The notes below the pieces were generated by a model. It was not told the origin of the DNA, did no database searches, and saw only the letters and a list, made by a program, of their open reading frames with translations. DNA of 63,899 bases, counting the filler, from Atractiella rhizophila (taxonomy: Eukaryota): NCBI GenBank assembly GCA_021432655.1. It is 6 parts of 5 records of this genome, joined end to end, with 100 filler letters (N's around TTAATTAATTAA, not from the genome) between each part and the next. Parts side by side here need not be neighbours in the genome. Positions count along the whole stretch, not along the records: positions 1 to 29,388 come from MU271252.1; 5 more parts are not named here. One strand, written 5' to 3'. Positions 12,888 through 26,234 of this stretch are shown piece after piece (within the stretch, counting starts at the first letter, position 1; every line of letters starts with the position of its first letter). The position numbers and the translations under genes were made by a program.

Positions 12888-15055
12888 ATGTCCTCATCTT
12901 TTTTCACGAACAGGTTAGTTTGACTTCCCTACTGTCACAAAGGATGTTAACGAGAGATTGGGATGACAGTTATGTCATTGGAGGTTTTGCGACCATTGGA
13001 GGAGGCTTGTTCGGTCTCGACATCTCCTCTATGTCGGCCGTCCTCCTCAACCCTGCCTACAACAAGGCTTTCTCGCCTGTAGGAACCAACTCCGATCTCC
13101 AAGGAGGAATCGTAGCCTCTATGCCTGCTGGGTCCTTCGGAGGTGCACTCATCAACACGTATATCTCTGATAAGTTTGGGAGGAAGCCCTGCATGTTGGT
13201 TTTTTCTCGTCGTCTCGTCTGAACGCAATAGCAAGGCTGACATGTACTACCTAATTAGCATGTTTGCAGCTCTCCTTTGGGTTTTGGGATCGGTCCTTCA
13301 ATGCGCGGCCCAGAACATTCCTATGCTCGTCGCTGGACGAGTAATCGGTGGCCTCGCCATTGGTATTGAGTCTGCCATCGTTCCTATCTACCAAGCTGAA
13401 ATCACGAAACCTGCTATGTTTGTCTTCCTCTCCTCTTTCGCATAAATCAGGAACTAACGATTTGAATAGCCGAGGACGAATTGTCTCCCTTCAGCAGTGG
13501 GCCATCACCTGGGGAATTCTTCTTCAATACTTCACCCAATTCGGTTGCTCCTACATTGACGGAGAGGCATCTTTCCGTATTCCCTGGGGTCTCCAATTGA
13601 TTCCTGCTCTCGTCCTTTTCTTCGGAATGTTCTACTTCCCTGAATCTCCCCGAGTACGCTCATTTTCGACTTTCTTTGAGTCGCTGCTTAGGGAGGTTTT
13701 TTAGTGGCTCATGGATCACGGCAGGGAGGATGAGGCGTTGAAGATCCTGGCTGACGTTCACGGCGGTGGAGACATCCAAAACGGCCTTGTACAGCTTGAG
13801 TTCGCTGGTCCGTTTGTATCCATTTTTTGAATTAGCCAAGCTGATGGAAGTGCAGAGATCAAGCAACAAATCGACTTCGACCGCACTCAATCTGCTCGCT
13901 CCTATCTCGATCTACTCAAGCCTGGAGTGTTCAGGCGTGTCCTTCTCGGCTGCTCCCTTCAGGCATGGTCTCAGCTCACCGGCATGAACATCATGATGTT
14001 CGTTTCCTTATGCCGTTGACAAAATGACATCTGAATATGCCTTGGGCAACCTAGGTACTATATCACTCTTGTCTTCCGATCTGCAGGTATCACGGGAAGG
14101 CATGGAAATCTGGTTGCTTCGTCTATCCAATATGTGTTGAACGTCGTTTTCACTGTGTTGGTTCTCTGTCTCTCTTTGAAGCGTCATTTTCTGATGTGAT
14201 TATGCAGTCCTGCTATTATCTACATCGATCGCTGGGGACGTCGCCCTATGCTTGTCATCGGAGCGGCATTCATGGCTTTCTGGCTTTTCCTCGTTGGCGG
14301 CCTTCAAGGAGGATTCGGTAGCAAAGTCATCGACACTGACGGTTCTGCCCTTTGGCTCATTGAAGGACACAGCAGCGTCACGAACGGAATCATCGCTTGC
14401 TCTTACCTCTTTGTTTGCTCTTTCGCCATCACTTGGGGTCCTTGCTCCTGTATGACTTCCATCAATACCAATACTGGAAGAGTTAGTCTGATCACTGATA
14501 ACAGGGACTTACCCCTCTGAGATCTTCCCTATGCGTGTCCGAGCGAAGGCTGTCTCTCTGTCCACCGCTTCCAACTGGGCTTTCAACTTCGGTTCGTTTC
14601 ATCTTACCTGACATGTTCCATCCCTCACAATGCGCTTTTTTTTTTAGCTCTCGCCTATGCCGTGCCCCCTGCACTTGACCACATCTTCTACAGGACCTAC
14701 TTTATTTTTGGTGGGTTCTGCGCCGCCGCTGGTATTCACGTCTTCTTCTGCTTCCCTGAAACCAAGGGCCGCACTCTCGAAGTTCGTATTTCCCCTACCT
14801 CCCTCAGAAAGAGTGTTAATAGCATTGAATCTATAGGAAATGGAGGAGGTGTTTGCACAGAAGAACTACTTCACCGCCTGGCGAGTCAAGTCGGATGTTG
14901 GAAGGAAAGATTTGGAGCAAGTTCTCGCCCACGAAAAGGACGGCAAGGTTCTGGATGAACATCTCAGCGATAGGACGAGCGTCGATGACAAGAAGAGCGA
15001 GATGAGTAGCGTCCCCAGCAGCCCGGTTGATTCCAAGGGACACCTGCCCGCCTAA
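12888..15055 (+). CDS. MFS sugar porter, HGT1-like high-affinity glucose transporter
   Basis: GGGLFGLDISSMS, ISDKFGRK, VPIYQAEI, RGRIVSLQQWAITWGIL, FPESPR, QLTGMNIMMYY, IDRWGRRP, FPETKGRTLEEM; about 10 short introns. Confidence 0.93.
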
Positions 15056-15572
15056 ACATTTTGATCTGAATTTCTCGAGATTTGACGATTTTGATGAAAG
15101 TTTGAAGGAAGGAAGGAATCTGACGAATGTAAAGAAGTGAATAGTGAATCTTGGACCTGTGAACGAGAATTATTCTTCAGGCAACTGCACGCACGAGAGG
15201 CTTTGCTTGAGAATTGAGATTATCGTGGATGGCACTGATACATCCTTGAGTAGACAGCACAATTTGCTCGGGTCATATAAATCCTTCACATTACATTGAA
15301 GACAAACTACATCTATGGACTCGGACGGCTTTTGACAATCTCTTTATATTCATACACATGCAGACTGCATAAGTTGAAATAAGCACGGCAATTATAAATC
15401 GGTTATCGAGTTGGCGCTCCAGTGGCGGGTAACTGTGGCATATATCTGAGTGCGTCTTGATAATCCGTTGGAGTCGAAGCATCTTGAGAGGAAGGTGGGA
15501 GATTGATGTTTGACCTCGAGAGCGGAACCAACCCGTTGAGGCTTTGACTTGCCATTGCATTCTCGATGACAG

Positions 15573-18386
15573 CTATTGGGGGACTGAAGCTGAAGTGAGG
15601 ACCGGGGTCTTGCTCCCCTTTTCCCGTTTCGACCTCATGACACCTTTCCACCGATCTTTCATCTTCTTATACAGCGTCTCTTCCGCCTCCTCGACCTCTC
15701 CGTCCGACTTGTTGAGAGCGTCACGTTCTTCGGCTAAGGCTTGGATGCACTTGCCTAACGTTCGAAGGGAATGATAACTGGCTGATGCATCTTTTGTCGC
15801 TTGTGTAGATAGAGCGATTGACGAGAGTTGGCGGAGAGTGTAGAGTATGACGGATATCTGGTTCAGGGAGACTGGAAGGGGAAGGTCGTCGGGCAACGCG
15901 ATGATTTGTGAGATGGACGAATCCTGTGGAGATGCTCTGCCTTTTCCTTTCCCTTTGTTCTTGCCATTCGGAGCGAGTATGAAGTCTGGAGCAGAGAACG
16001 TCTCGCGGTTGCGATTCGGTGGGAGGATCCTAACTAGGAGTCGCACCACGCCAACACCTGCTTTGTCTTTTCGGAACTGAAGTACCATCGCTGCTCCTGC
16101 ACGCCGTCAGGACAACAACCACAAAGACAGAGATGAGGGAGACGCACCGGTATGACCGCTTTCTTCAGCCTCAATATCCTGTTGTCCAGCAGCGAACCTG
16201 CTCTCTCCGTGCCTGCGAACTCTCTCAGCCAACTTTTCAGGGCATAAACAAAAGAAGCGTACCACATGAGAAACCTAAGTAGGATCGGCCAATTATCAGC
16301 CTCGATAGCCCAAGTGCTCAAATCCGCTCCTTCTCCATCCTCTCCCTTCCTATGCGACAGCTCGAGAGTCTTCGGAAACTTTCCCTCCTGCGAAGAAGCA
16401 GGCTGCAATTCCCTCTCCTCTGTTCCCTTCCCTGTTCCCGGTCTCCCTAGACGCACGCCGGCAGCAAAGACGATGTTCATCGTGCGTTCTTCAGTATTGG
16501 GTGATCGCGAGCCTGCGCTCACGAGAGATTCGGTGCTTTCGATCGCGAGAGAAGGGGGAGGGACGGCGAGATGATTGTTGGATGAAGGTGTCGGCGTCGC
16601 AGAACGAGAGGGGACGTCGGTTTGCATGACAGTGGTCCTCTGTGACGGAGGCTCTGCGAGAGCGGAGGACGGCAGTGGCGTTTGAGCGTCGATGGTGCGT
16701 AAGGAAGACCTTCTGGAAGTTGTGGGTTCTGTCACCTCTTCGATCGTGTACATCGAATAGTTGTCGTCTAGTTCGTCAGCCCGAGCCAGGTTTTCGTCCT
16801 CCTCCACAGGAGGAGTTAGGGCTGGCGGTTGAGAAACGGGTTTGGTAGAATCGAATGAGGGTATGAGGGACGAGATATCGAGAGACTTGACGGGTGGTGA
16901 GCTCGTCACGTTGGGACGCATGGGCGAAGTAACCTTGCCTTTGACTGGCGAGGTTCCTGTGGAAGAAGTTGATGTTTCAGCAGGTGGGATGAGAGCGGGC
17001 TTGGTTTTGGTAGGCGATGTAATGATAGGAGATCCCGGGCGCCTGATGATTTCCCATTCATCCTTGTTGAGGCTAGAGTTCCGTCGGAGGGAGGGAGGGG
17101 GTCGGAGACTCGCGCATGTCTCTCTGCTTATCCGGAGGCGAATTGACGGGTGTGGTCGATATCGGTGGTGGTTTCAACGCGGGGACCTTGGGAGACTGCA
17201 ATGGCGGAGGAGACGTAAGAGTGTGTCTGGAGCTTGTTGAAACCAGAGGAGGGCGAAGAGGGCGAGAACTTGTTTGGGGGGACGGAATCTTCGGAGGTAT
17301 AGCAGGACGGGAAGCATCTGTTTTCCTGCTCAAAGAAGGATGCGAAAGTCGCTCCTTCCGTGCCTCCTCCTCAGCTTCTCTGATCTCCCGCTCCCTTCTC
17401 TCCTTTGCCAATTTCGCCCTGCGCACCCGCTCCTCCTCCCTACTCAACCGCAGAGCCATCTCGAACATCTCCTCCTCCTGCCGCTCCACATCGACGCGGT
17501 TAAAACCGTCGTCTCGCGGTGCAGCTCCAGGCGGTAGCCAGCCATGTTGTCCCCACGGTGTCGCCCACAGATGTCCGGCCTTTTCATTGCCCATTCCGAA
17601 GAGTGCTGGCGCCTCTAATAGCTCCGAATAAAAGTTGGGTTGCGCTGTCAGACCGTATATCGGCGCTTGATCGTTTTGGAGAGAAGGCGGAGGAGGCGGC
17701 GCGCGGGAGGAGAGCGAGTTTGATTCGGCCATCGCGATCTGCAAGTTGGCATCATCTTCCTCCTGTGTGCATCAAGACAGCAGTCAGCCTTGGAACTACC
17801 CATTTCTTTTCCAACATTATAACATTTTATACTTCAGCTTCTCACTGTTACTCTCGGGAGGCGTGTGACAGCCCAGATTAAAGACACCCATAATATTCCT
17901 TTAAGCGCTGCCCATACCTCCATGCAGCACAACATCGTGACAATAAAAGACACATACCTTCTGACGCCTTTCTTCTTCGGCCTTCTTGCTCTCCTCCAAC
18001 GCGCGCTCGAGCTCATCTCGTTCCTGCACACCCGCCGTCTTCTCCTCCCTGTCCGGCCTTTGACTCTCTCTCCTCTTCGTAAACACCGACTCCTCCCACG
18101 ACGCGGGAACCCAAGCGTCCTCAGCCCTCGGCCACTCGATGCCCCTCTGCTCACTAGGGCTTACTGCGGCACCCACCGTCGGCTTCACGAATCCCAACCG
18201 CTTCAGTAGCCCTGAGACTTCCTGCTTCGAGAGCGCCATGGATCCGTCCACGGCTGATCCGGGCGTCTCGACGGCTGTATTGGTGGACTGGCTGCTTGAG
18301 GTCGACGCCGTATGGCGATGACGGCGCTTGAAGAGGGAAGAGAAGCTGGTGTGCTCTCCTTCTGCCGCGGTTGGAGAGACGGGCAT
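15573..18386 (-). CDS. Pro/Ser-rich hypothetical protein with UIM-like motifs; apparent frameshift near 17.1-17.2 kb
   Basis: Consecutive ORFs 17901-18386, 17073-17744, 16034-16921 and 15573-16088. UIM-like DELERALEESKK, DANLQIAMAES and EEMFEMALRLSREE. Confidence 0.65.
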
Positions 18387-19563
18387 TCTAATTGCTAATG
18401 TGTCGTATCGCTGGCAGTGTCGCTGGATGGGTGATGTTTTCTTCTTGAACGCAACACAGAGATCGAGTGTGTTGAAATGACGTAATGGTTACCTTCTTGA
18501 CTTGATCACAAACAGCAGCAAGCAGTGACAAACTAAATAAAGACGAGAAGCGAATCAACTGATGATGAATTGACGTGTGGATAAGAGATACGTTATACTG
18601 CTGGTTTTCAGCATGGATAATATAATAAAGGCGCAAGGTGTGTAATCTCCAGCTGGGCTTTTCTACATAAATAAATAGTAAGACTTGGCAAGAAAATCAA
18701 CAACCATTTTTGCTGCTTCCATATCAACAAAATAATTCTCGCCTGATGCTATCTCTCACCAGGATTCTGTAAAACGGAACATTATGCCGGAGACATCAAA
18801 CCATCGCGATGTTCCTGCCTTGGGAAGAGAGCAATTTCGGAAATGCATCGTCTCAATGACTTCAGCATAATTTCGCAAAATCTGATTGTGACGTCCAGTG
18901 CGCCCGATTGTAGCGGAAATGTAAAGCTGATTTCGGCTGCTCGCAGCGGGCAAGCACGATGTGTCATCCTGTATCCTGCGAAAGGGTCCAATTCAATGAA
19001 GTGTGCACGGTGGAGCATGTATTCTAGGTGAGAGTCGATAGCTGTTCACGTCTTTGACACTTAAAATGTCATTGCTTCTGTATTGCGCAAAGTTCTTCCA
19101 AACTTTAGAATGTATGTCCTTTTACTCTTCATGTTCTTACAAGTCATGACGATGTGCTTGAGCGAACGAAGTGGAGCTTTCAATGAAACAGTCGGACTAT
19201 GTCGAATGCTTGCTAAAAGTAACTCGAGCCGTTCTTCCGCCGTTAAGGTGTCCTGCTACAAACCTTGACCTTCCTTCTCACATTGGCCAACAGGATTGGT
19301 GGTTCGTTGTTGTACGTCAGACACCTGTCCAAATCATTCACGCGTCCATGCGGGAAGACCTGCACAGATGTGAACCAATTCAGTAGAGTCGTCAGTTCGG
19401 TCAACTCATGGCAACTCATGGCAGATGAAGCTATCTTGGTCATAGGTGTTCCTGTTTAAAGCACAAAAGCAGCGGATAGAGATTCCTGCAGAACAGTGTT
19501 CCTTTTACCTTCTGAGTATCCATTATGAGTCTCTCCAGGTTCTTGCCCTGCACAGAGTAGGTC

Positions 19564-21516
19564 ATGTCCTGTATGCCCAACTCATGCTGACGGATGTCAC
19601 AGTTACCCAGTGAGAGGTACGCTAGGATTTTGAAAGCGAATGTTGCCATTCATCATTCTCCAATATCAGCAAGCTATCGAGAAAAAAGTATGTTTTCGTT
19701 GTGCAGGCCATGCTACCTATTGACTCCGCTTCCTCAAAGGGCTGGCTCCTTTACTCCTCGTTGGTGCAGTAGTCGCGTAAGTCTGTCTTTGGAATATAGG
19801 AGGACCCTGATCAAACTCAAAGTTATGTCGCACTCACCATCTGGGTACCCTTCCCCTGGCCTTGAATCGTATGAATAGATGATGAATCTTGATCAGAACG
19901 TCTTTACTCAAGGCTACAACGATATCTACACTTCTATTCTGCTTCCCACCTTTTCGCCAGACGATGGAAACACCCAGTGTAATCCAGCGCAAGTGGTTGT
20001 AGGAAGCTCTCTCTATGCAGAGCCAGAAAAGAATTTCCTTTGGACTATCAATTCGGTAAGGGAGAATGCAAGCAGTGCGGTGTATGCTGGATTTGAATAC
20101 AGTGGTTCAATCTTTTTCCTCTTTCTCTCGTCCTCATTGCTCACAATCAATCGGGTTGTCATAGCTGATACTTTGGACTGTGCAATCACTTCGTTAGGCA
20201 TAACTTACAATTATATGTAAGCAACCGGGTAGCCTCAACCAATGGGCTGATCTCAAAGTTGCGTAGGCAACAAGACCTGTGCGCTCATCAGCCATGGTTC
20301 CTTTCCTCCATAACAAGTGATGATCAGGGTTTACGGCGTCTGCGCCGAGTGTTATGTTTCTGCCTCTCCGATTCTAAACCGATCCAACTCTACCATGGCG
20401 AGAGCTCTAGCGAAGCAGACCAGCACCAAGAAGACCGAGACGAAAACTATGCTGTCATTGCAACTGTGTTCTAATTTCGACAATGTGGTGACCAATCTCG
20501 CTACCTGGTCTCAGCAAACCCAGCGATCCCTTCAAAATGCCATTTACGGCTTAGGTACCCTCCTTCAGGACTTCAACTTTCCAAATGGTACCTTCAATGA
20601 GGTTAGGAAGTATAACTTGTTCGAAGGGTTTTATGCTGACAGAAAGGTAGACGAGATGGCCACCGTACGGTGGACCTGGCCTAACTGCAACAAACTTGAC
20701 TGTGGAACCCAGTTCGGTCGTTCTCGCCTCCATGTGGACATCAGGGATCAGATTTTTGCCAACGAATCTGACAGATGACGGTTTTAGAGGTAATATGGAA
20801 TTCGGACCAGATCACGCCGTTTATGTCTTGGATATGGACGAAACTGTCGACTTTCTCGCAGCTTACGATCACACTGCCGATGCCGGTGCTCTGTCGGGTG
20901 AGCATTTATTCTATCTGATTCCATGAGGCTGACGGAAGTCAGGGTGCGTGCTGAAGGTGGCTGGCATTGGAGGATTAAACATCAATGGCCCTGCCACTGC
21001 TGCTCTGCTACCAAAGGAACCGACTTCCATATCTCAACTAAGGAATACGAGCATTGGGATCGCCTCATCAATCATGGATACGGCCATCGGAGATCTGCAT
21101 GGAAAGAGTTTTGCCAACTTGTATCTTTGCACGATCAAGACAAGAGAATGGAAGAGGTGGTTGACGCTGATTGCTTTGGTCCTCGGTACTTCTTTTACTT
21201 CTGTATACTGGGAATTGTGTTGACAATAATATATATAGGGAATAACGCTGCTCTGTTCGGGACATTCTTGTTTGTAACTCGGTATCTAGCAGAGAAGTAC
21301 GACGTCAGAAAATATGGTATGTCTGAAGTCTTAACAAACGTGAATCGGATGCCTCAGGCTCTCCTTTTACCAGGACCCCCAACAGTCGAGATGGATCCTA
21401 CAACTTTCGCGACGACGCCAAGGATTACTAGCAAAGAGCATGCGCCATCTGCTCTTTCACCGTTGATCAGCGAGATGTCATGGGCAGAAGTCCGCAATGC
21501 TAAGATGAGTATTTGA
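19564..21516 (+). CDS. Multi-exon hypothetical transmembrane glycoprotein
   Basis: N-terminal hydrophobic helix (GLAPLLLVGAVV..YVALTIWNVFTQGY), N-x-S/T sites, and a C-terminal TM segment (LIALVLGTSF..GNNAALFGTFLFV). Exon structure approximate. Confidence 0.55.
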
Positions 21517-21911
21517 GCAAATCTCATTAAGTGGCCGTGGTGGTTCACGTGTATCACGAGGTCGAAGTATGGGTGGTATGAGTGAGTGAGGGATTCAACC
21601 AATAATGACGTCAATTCTCGTTTGGTCGTAAAGGGTTTATTATATGTCAAATCAGGACTTAGCTTTGCTTGTTGGTGGTGGGAATCAATTTTTGTGACTT
21701 GCCCTAACGCGTTGAACCACACTCGAACGTCACCTGGTAATTTTAAATAATGTTCGCTTAAGAATGCGCATTAACCACAGTCAGAAACATTGTTTTCATG
21801 AATAACTTATTGCATTGGTTCTACTCTATTTTATCTGTCTCCCTAGTGCAATATCCGTGAGTTCTTTAATGAATTGGTGAGATCGTGAGTGATTATGCCA
21901 CGTAAGAAAAT

Positions 21912-24131
21912 CTAGGAATGGCCCAGTGCTTTGGAAATGACTTGCAAAAGAGCAACAACTTTCTCTCTAGAGGAGACAATTGTCAGCAAGTCAAAATCAA
22001 CGGCAACAAAACATACTCTTCCAGACGCTGCCCAATTATCTGTAGACCAACGGGGGCGTTCTCATACACAGTGGGTTCATCTATACATCGTAAGGTCTAA
22101 CACTTCATTTGTGGCATGAGAACCCACAAAGAGCTTGATTGGTGGCGTCTGCTTCGTTCAGAGGTACGAAGCTGCTGTTCACCACGTCGATGCTCGAATT
22201 AGTTCGAGTGACTGGGAAAACTCCTGTCGCTAGATCCAAGAAAGGCGAGAGATTTTGATAACCGTAGGCGTAGGCAGACCCACGTTCTTTAGCAACGAAA
22301 GAAGTGGCAGGCATGATAAGACCATCGAAATGTCTGCCAGTTGAGGTGAGATTCACAGTGCTATCACAGTTTTTAGTCCTAGCGGAAATTTCGAGCAGGA
22401 GTACATACGCGAGCCATTGCTCTCGATAGTAAGCAGTGTAGTCCCGAAGGTCCGCTACGAGATTCCAACTTTCATAGACAGTGGAACGGTTCTCCGGTGC
22501 AATCCAGGAGAGATAGCTGGAGATGACCGGTAGAAAGGGTTCTCCAGACGCATTGAAAGCACTTTGGACTAGTCATACTTAAACGTGGATCAGAAATCAA
22601 TTGAAGAAAGGCTCACTATCTTGATGAGCGTCAACATGGAACACTCCTTTGGGGCTACCTCCGAAGACGGCACTCGCGTTTGCCCAATTCGGAGGAATCC
22701 AATCAATAACTTCGTGGCCCATGGCTTCTAACTTTGAGCGCACAATCGTCATCGCTCGCTGAATCGGTGGCCAAGGCTGAACGTTCCCATCTCCATTCGC
22801 CCAAGCGAACGAAAGTTTCTTTGGCAACTTTTCCTCCTCCTCACGCCAAGGAATAGGGACTAGCTGAACATCTTCTTTCCACGATCCGGTGTTGACCAGA
22901 GATGACATGACCAGCTTGATGTCCTCAGCACTGCGGCCCATCGGACCACAAGTGGATGTCACTGTGAGGTATCTTTAATATCGCAGACGAAGATAGATTG
23001 TGAGGTCAAGACGAACCGCCCTCCTCTCCGCGAAGACTGTTGGCCATATTTTTGTAGGTACATCGACCAACTTGGAGCTGATATCAGAAGCGGTGTGAAA
23101 CAAGAAGAAGCACGTACCGCTTGGCCTGAGAGCGTACAAACCACCATTGGTGGCCGGAATACGGATCGAGCCACCGATGCTACACGTTATCTTAGAACGC
23201 CAAAATTGACTACCAAATAGAATAAACACTTACTCAGTGCCAAATCCCAAGAATGAGCCTTTGAACCCAACCAATGCACTTTCTCCTCCAGAAGATCCAC
23301 CGGGAGAGAGACGGCGATTGAATGGATTTTTTGTCGCGTTAAAGATGTTGTTCTCGGATTCCCCAGCCTGAAAATGAATCACGTTTAGTGAAGGGCAGGA
23401 TGTATTCCGGAGATAACAAACCATAAGAGAAGCTGGGATGTTCGTCTTAACGTACAAGACCGCTCCAAGGCTCTCCAACGCAGTGACTCCAAGGCTGTCT
23501 TCCGTGGCAGGGTCGTTGGCGTAACTGACATAGCCGATCGTTGCGTCGAATCCCTTGAAGCGGTATTGATCTTTGAGCGAGACAGGGAGGCCGTGAAGAG
23601 GGCCAATCGTCTTGCCAGTTTCCTTAAAGTATTGGTCGAGCTTCTTCGCCGTGGCACGACCACGCTCAAAGAGGATTTCAGTCAGGCTACCGGTAACTTT
23701 AGCTAAGAACTGCAAGAGAAGTAGAAAGAGACAAACGGGTTAAAGAGCTGATGTGCAACAACTGTCCTTTTGATCGTAGCTTCCAGGACTTCTGACGCTG
23801 TCCATTTCCCACATCCTACCATGTAAACTACGTGACTGGCAGTACTTTCCGTGATCTCGAGTTCCTTCTCTGTGAAGAAGCCAGAGGTCCGAGGGAAGGT
23901 TGATACGTCAAGAACGTCGTCTCCTGGCAACAATTCGTTGGGGACAAGATATTCAGTCCCGATCAAAGCCTCTCGGGCTGCAACCTTTCCAGCAACTACC
24001 TCTTGCCAGGTGTTGTTTTCTGCCAGCAGACTAGGAATGAGAGTGTCGCGTCTTTCGAAACCCCAAAGCGGGTTGGCAGACACTGAGAGTATGAAGGCTG
24101 GGAGTAAGAGCGAAGAGAACATAATGGGCAT
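21912..24131 (-). CDS. Amidase-signature family amidase (acetamidase-like) with predicted signal peptide
   Basis: GPLHGLPVSLKD (catalytic Lys), SPGGSSGGE, GTDIGGSIRIPA (nucleophile Ser), C-terminal NAPVGLQIIGQRLEEEKV. N-terminus MPIMFSSLLLPAFILSVSA. Confidence 0.92.
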
Positions 24132-24910
24132 GTTCCTGTTTCCAGTGCAGTTCTTCGCGTTCCCATTTTATATGCGCTGGGATCTTTGCGCTGGAGACGA
24201 TGTGATGATAAGCAAGATATCGGATTTCAAAACTTCGTGTGATAGTGATAGTGATAGAGCTCGCCGAGATGGAAACAAGATGCCGAATTTTGCCATACAC
24301 ATCATTTTGACTCTTGGATATCTGGATACACATCGACAGGGTGGGCGAAGAACGCCGGCGCGCAGGAGGGATCTGAGAGATCTAATGCACCCGAGATTAT
24401 CTATCTCCTCTCATGTATTCCCGTGCATTTGCCAATAGCATCCCCTTCTTCGCCGGATTGATTTGAAACCGTTTCTTGTTCTTTGCCAGGAAACGAGATA
24501 ATCGTTGCACGGTGAGGAAGTTTAAGGCAACGCTAGCAATCCACAACTCGCGCGGGATAACTTTTTAGCGACGCTCTGAGCCCCCGTGGCAGCTCTGATA
24601 GGCGTGTGCACAATTCGACCCGGATTATTATGTTTATGGGTTATGGGCGTAAAGCTGCTCCACTCTTAACAATATATGCTTGGCACAGTTGAACAATCCA
24701 ATGAAGGGAGAATAACGTGACGAGATGCAATATATTTTTCTCGATGTGTATCACAGTAAAGTCTTGCGAAGATAAAGTGTTGCGTGTTGTGGGAAGCTGA
24801 GCGAATTACATACGGCCGTTTCAAGCATGTCCCAAACAGGCACTATATTCAACACCTCCCTCATAATTTCTCAGAATCCGCATGAGTTGGGCTTTCCATC
24901 GCTTGAACTT

Positions 24911-26234
24911 AGTGAACCACCACATTTAGTGAACCTGGGCTGAGTTAGGAAGAAACGTCGAAGTCGATCGCCTCACGAATTACCATACCATTATACCTTG
25001 TGAACCGTCATAAAGTGGTGTATGTCCCTTGCATTCGTGAAAAGAGTAGACGGGAAGGATCTGTTTGAAAATGGATCCTGGGAAAGATAGACTTTCGCGA
25101 TCACCCCTAGGAAGAAACCCAAGAGGGAAAGGCGAACCCGCGAACGTTTTGGTCGACGAAACCGTGAAAGAGTAAAAGCCTCGTCTAGTAGGACGCTTTC
25201 CATCCAACCGGTATTAGGGTACTACCTATTAAAAAATTGGTCAACATCGAGAAAGCCTGTAGGGACAACGATCGTAAGTTATGCCGTGGTGTTGAGGCCA
25301 GAAGAGGAGGGAAAAGCGGGTTGAGAAAAAACGTACCGCAACAACCTCTATAACACCCTTTTTGGAACACCAACCCTAGGACGAACGCAAATATTAGCAG
25401 CGTAGCAAACGAAATCCTAAGTGGAGCAAGAATAAAAAAACACATTTCAGACGTGAGTGATGTCGGGGGGGTCAAGACTACGTCCTGACCAACGCCCATA
25501 CTGTCTCAGTAGCTAGGAGAAAGCGAAGGTTTAGGTTTGGCCCGTTGGCGTTGACACTTCTCCGTCCTCTAGGAGAAGTGTTCGGTTAAGAAGTCGTCGC
25601 GACGTTGACTGTATTAGTAGACACCATAAAACTCGATGTTTGACGCTGCTCTGGTTTTACCGAAGTTACAGTCTTGCCTATATGAAGAACCTGCTCACGA
25701 CAGAGAAAGCGAGTGCAGGCACGCATAGGAAGGGGAGACGGTCGGGCGTTAGGAGTGAAGATTTCCTTGTCCGCCCAAACTGGAGGCGTTGACGATAATA
25801 ACAACGTTAAGATATACAGTGATACTTTCGTGTATTGTGTCCATCCGAAGATGACTACGAAGTGTAGGGAAACGAGTGACGTGGCGGATCGTATAGAACG
25901 AAAGATATTGGAGGAAGGGAGGGAAAAGTGCGAAAGCTGACACGTATGTAACTTGCAGTCTCGCTTTAATTTCCTTCTCACCGTAAGTAAGTCTCCGTGT
26001 TGCTCACCAGGATGCGGCGGGGTAGGTTTGAAGCGTGACCGTAACACGGAATGCTACGATGTAGAGAGCTACCATAGGCCCAAGTACAGAGATGTAACTC
26101 TTCACACCTTTAGCTAGCTCTTCTCCCTCTTAGGTAACCGGATTTCCACACAACACATCGAAGTAGAGATGATCTAGCTAACCGTCTTAAGTATAAGAAC
26201 TTACATCCTGCAGGGAGGACGTGCGTAATATATT
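24911..26234. CDS. Hidden DUF6534-family integral membrane protein, readable only as the complement read left to right; 5'-truncated
   Basis: The complement gives GVLNGMVIWNTWQYFTTYRE / FAQLFFAWRCWRYC / ATDIIICGILSYKLRRDQNGFNVRTDILLGRVLSLSLTS / AGLTSATAIIVAILY / AYLAFYNLLPSLFTLSTVHTLNVR, joined by GT-AG introns. Confidence 0.85.
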
